DNA from: the human T2T-CHM13v2.0 reference genome, Homo sapiens
Direction: 5' to 3' (one strand)
Length of the DNA: 64,000 nucleotides
Assembly (NCBI RefSeq): GCF_009914755.1
Contig: NC_060943.1
A program made the translations under genes and the position numbers. The notes under the pieces were generated by a model, which saw nothing but the letters and a program-made list of their open reading frames with translations, was not told the DNA's origin and searched no databases. Positions 55,519 to 64,000 of this stretch are shown here, piece after piece. How positions within the stretch are numbered: the stretch's first letter is position 1; every line of letters begins with the position of its first letter.

Positions 55519-55701
55519 GAGTCCACATTCCAGGAGCTGTGCGAGGGGCTGCTGGAGGAGTCGGATGGTGAGGGGGAGCCAGGCCAGGGCGAGGGGCCGG
55601 AGGCTGGGGATGCCGAGGTCTGTCCCACGCCCGCCCGCCTGGCCACCACAGAGAAGAAGACGGAGCAGCAGCGGCGGCGGGAGAAGGCTGTGCACAGGCT
55701 G
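55519..55701 (+). CDS. NOP53: NOP53 exon 8
   Basis: ccag|GAG ... CTG|gtgagc; 183 nt; preceding intron is only 77 nt. Confidence 0.95.
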
Positions 55702-56157
55702 GTGAGCGCCTGGGCCAGCGGGGCCTGCCTCTGATGCCTCGCCCCCTTCCTTCCTTCCTCCCACCATGGGCTGCCCTGGGTGCTGCGGGCAGCCTGCACA
55801 CCCCAAGCCCCGCATGTGGCCTGTGGTTTGGGCTGTTTGGGATCCTCACAGCTGAGACTCATTTCCCAGCCTCTTCCAGGCAGGGCTCGGGCTGGGGTGG
55901 GACAGGGTCCCTGGCGCTTCTGTTTGAGGGGCGGGGTGGGGGGAGGTTTCTGCACCGCAGACCAGGGGAGATGGATGACAAAAGGGGCTTCAGCAAACAG
56001 CTGCTGGGAAGGCACTGGAGGGGCCGCTGATGTGACGGGGTTAGGAAGGGCCTCCGGGGACAGGCAGGTTTGTGCAGGGAAGGCTCCCTGTGTAGAGAGA
56101 AGGTCTCCCTGTGTGGGCAGCACCGGCCTGAGCCCTGACCCTCCCCCGTCTCCACAG

Positions 56158-56333
56158 CGGGTACAGCAGGCCGCGTTGCGGGCCGCCCGGCTCCGGCACC
56201 AGGAGCTGTTCCGGCTGCGCGGGATCAAGGCCCAGGTGGCCCTGAGGCTGGCGGAGCTGGCGCGGCGGCAGAGGCGGCGGCAGGCGCGGCGGGAGGCTGA
56301 GGCTGACAAGCCCCGAAGGCTGGGGCGGCTCAA
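56158..56333 (+). CDS. NOP53: NOP53 exon 9 (Arg-rich)
   Basis: acag|CGG ... CTC AA|gtgaga; 176 nt. Confidence 0.95.
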
Positions 56334-56565
56334 GTGAGAACCAGGCCGGGGGTTCTGGGAGAGGCTGGGGAGGGGGCCGGGTCCCAGGTCCTGACACCTT
56401 CCTGCCTTTGTTCAGGAACTGCCCACCCCCCCCATCGGGAGACCACCTCTTCCCCCACAAAACCCCACATTCTCAGAGGCCCCTTCTTCTCCAGGAGGGG
56501 GCTTTGGACTGGGTGTCCTGGGCCCCGCGGGGGTGATATTTCTGAACACCCGCCCTGTTCTGCAG

Positions 56566-56632
56566 GTACCAGGCACCTGACATCGACGTGCAGCTGAGCT
56601 CGGAGCTGACAGACTCGCTCAGGACCCTGAAG
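56566..56632 (+). CDS. NOP53: NOP53 exon 10
   Basis: gcag|G TAC ... AAG|gtgctc; 67 nt. Confidence 0.95.
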
Positions 56633-56662
56633 GTGCTCACTGTGTCCTGCCGTGGAGCCCCG

Positions 56663-56772
56663 TGCCCAGTGATGACACCATCCTTGCTCCCCGTGCCCCC
56701 CAGGGGCTATGGGCGACACCATGGCTGCCCCTGGGCTGGGCCAGTGGGGCCAATGCCCAGGGGCTGAGGGCA
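56663..56772 (+). ncRNA. SNORD23: C/D box snoRNA SNORD23 in NOP53 intron 10
   Basis: Box C GTGATGA at 56669-56675, box D CTGA at 56764-56767, terminal stem cccgtgccc/gggcacggg; NOP53 is the known host gene. Confidence 0.92.
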
Positions 56773-57337
56773 CGGGATGCTGGGATGAGATCCCAGGGTG
56801 AGGGGCCAGGCTAAGGTTTGAGTCCGGGACCCTAAGAAGGCCTTTCCTTCCAGCTGGTCCCTGTTGCAGTCCCGGTCACCTTTAGGACTAGAGGGACCTT
56901 CCTGAAGCTCAGAACCAACCCTGTCCCTCCCCTGCTCGGAACCTGCTGTGGCTCCCCAGTGCCCCTGAGGAAGCCCAGCTCCTCTGTCAGCCACACGCCT
57001 GGGCCGACCCGGCCGTGGGGCTCCAGCCAGTTGTGCTCATGAGCGGACTGTGCCTTCTCCCTCTGATCCAGCCTTTGCCCTCGCTGTCCCCTTTTCTGTG
57101 TCGTCACCAGCCCACTTCCCGTGACTCCTCTAAGCCCAGCTTAGAGATGGCCATAGGTTGGTGGCTGTCATCCCAACACTGAGCCCCAGCAGCTGAGGGC
57201 CAGGCTGAGTCCCTGGTGCCCACAGGCTGCCCTGGGGGGAGACTGCATGGGGCTGAGCCCTGCCAGGACCCCGAGGAGAGGTCCAGGCCCTTGGGCTTCT
57301 GCCAGGCCCTGCTGAGGCCTCCCTCTCTGTCCTGTAG

Positions 57338-57414
57338 CCCGAGGGCAACATCCTTCGAGACCGGTTCAAGAGCTTCCAGAGGAGGAATATGATCGAGCCT
57401 CGAGAGAGAGCCAA
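57338..57414 (+). CDS. NOP53: NOP53 exon 11 (PEGNILRDRFKSFQRRNMIEPR)
   Basis: gtag|CCC ... GCC AA|gtaagg; 77 nt. Confidence 0.96.
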
Positions 57415-57497
57415 GTAAGGGGCGGCCGGGGCTGCTGTGGGGCGAGGGCATCTGGGATTGGCCCCGGGCACTGATTGCTCCATTGTCCCTGCTCCAG

Positions 57498-57554
57498 GTT
57501 CAAACGCAAGTACAAGGTGAAGCTGGTGGAGAAGCGGGCGTTCCGTGAGATCCA
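57498..57554 (+). CDS. NOP53: NOP53 exon 12
   Basis: ccag|G TTC ... ATC CA|gtgagt; 57 nt. Confidence 0.95.
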
Positions 57555-57808
57555 GTGAGTCCACCCGGCTTCGGCGCAAGGAAGGGAGCCCTTCTCCCAC
57601 CCCGTGGTGCCCACCGAGTCCCAGGGCCCCTTCCAGAGTGTGGCTAGTGGCTGAGCCACACCCCCTTGGCCATGCCCAGAAGAGGCCCTGAAACCAGAGC
57701 GGGGTTGGGAGGGTCCCCAAAGGGAAACTGAAAGGCAGGGGGTGTCAGGTCGGCAGGGGGTATGGGGCACCCTCTCACCCACCCTCAGCTCCTTTCCTCT
57801 GTCCCCAG

Positions 57809-57815
57809 GTTGTAG
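57809..57815 (+). CDS. NOP53: NOP53 exon 13 coding part (7 nt: G TTG TAG)
   Basis: ccccag|G TTG TAG; total CDS 1437 nt = 478 aa + stop. Confidence 0.92.
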
Positions 57816-57845
57816 CTGCCATCAGATGCCGGAGACTCGCCCTTC

Positions 57846-57851
57846 AATAAA
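57846..57851 (+). terminator. NOP53 polyadenylation signal AATAAA (3'UTR only ~50 nt)
   Basis: AATAAA 30 nt after the stop codon; GU-rich downstream element gtgtggcttgtgtg. Confidence 0.9.
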
Positions 57852-58102
57852 AAATCTCTTCTAGCTGATCAGTGGGCTCCACGTGTGGCTTGTGTGCCTC
57901 CTGCGGGCGGCTGCTCCCGGGTGCAGACTCTGCGTGTCCCCCCGTGGCGCACAAGCATGTAGGTGCCAGAACTCACCGCCAGAGCCTGGTGAGGGCCTAG
58001 GGTGTGTCTGAAGGGGTCATCAGCCGACTGGATCGTGGTCTGTCCAATAGCTGTGAAGCTGGCAGCCCTTCCAAGCCTGGGCAGATCCTAAAAAGACAGC
58101 AG

Positions 58103-58244
58103 GCAGAGGGCGCAGGGCTTATGGCCTGGCCGGAGTTGGGAGGTGAAGCAGAGGGCACAGGGCTTATGGCCTGGCCGGAGGTGGGAGGTGAAGCAGAGGG
58201 CGCGGGGCTTATGGCCTGTCTGGAGGTGGGAGGTGAAGCAGAGG
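58103..58244 (+). repeat. 45-bp tandem repeat, 3.2 copies
   Basis: Unit gcagagggcgcagggcttatggcctggccggaggtgggaggtgaa starts at 58103, 58148, 58193, 58238. Confidence 0.92.
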
Positions 58245-58439
58245 TGAGGAGGAGGTTCCCCCACTGGATTCCGACTTGGAGAATAGCCCAGTTCCTTCTG
58301 CTGCGGGTGACGTAGCAGCTCTTGCCACACTGATAGAAGGAGTGGTGGCAGCTGACCTCTGCCGATAGAACACCTGCTATCGGGTTTAAGCAGGTGGATT
58401 CACTCACTGAACTCACAGCGGCCTAACCAATGAGGGCTG

Positions 58440-63760
<5,321 letters not shown>

Positions 63761-64000
63761 TGTTAGGGTGGGGGAAGATGATTTTAAAAAGATGCAGAAA
63801 CTTGCAATTTGTGCCAGAGGCTCCTCCCAAATGCTCTGACCCTTTGACGCAGTGATTGCACGCTTGGGAACGTGGCCTACAGAAACAGCCGGAAGTTGGG
63901 GAAGAGCATTTTGCACAGGCCGGTCCTTGAGAACGTTCTGCAGAATGGGAGGAAACGTGGTCATGGACATGGGGCGGGCCCTGGCCACATGGACGCCACC

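Noticed and set aside
56533-56545. GTGATAT...CTGA as a second C/D snoRNA in NOP53 intron 9
   Set aside because: Imperfect box C only a few nt from CTGA; more likely the branch-point region of the exon 10 acceptor.
57789-57864. Upstream alternative acceptor (ctcag 57788) giving a 25-aa NOP53 C-terminal extension
   Set aside because: The pyrimidine tract favours 57808, and the stop would fall at the cleavage site; no supporting evidence.

Overview
Human (primate) genomic DNA, GC-rich and very Alu-dense, recognisable from the encoded proteins as the 19q13.33 BICRA-EHD2-NOP53 interval. All three genes are on the + strand. The window holds the last two coding exons and 3'UTR of BICRA/GLTSCR1 (to ~4100). 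It holds all of EHD2: a non-coding exon 1 plus five coding exons, 1632 nt = 543 aa + stop. It also holds all of NOP53/GLTSCR2: 13 exons, 1437 nt = 478 aa + stop, with the C/D snoRNA SNORD23 in intron 10. Every exon junction was checked by hand for GT-AG and phase. The rest is Alu, L1, L2, MIR, MaLR/ERV LTR and DNA-transposon relics, an MSR1 minisatellite, a 45-bp VNTR and a Y4 RNA retro-pseudogene. Nearly all short ORFs in the supplied track are Alu or low-complexity artefacts, and I see no novel protein-coding system. Best leads: (1) a CCAAT/GC-box antisense promoter with a splice donor inside EHD2 intron 4; (2) convergent CTCF motifs bracketing EHD2; (3) a 144-aa ORF that exists only if Alu-flanked EHD2 exon 4 circularises; (4) an apparently bistable fold in SNORD23; (5) an old intronic duplication whose two copies took independent retro-insertions at the same site; (6) an ET-binding/SUMO motif and a long Arg-rich alternative frame in the BICRA last exon. 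Repeat family names and boundaries are by eye and approximate.
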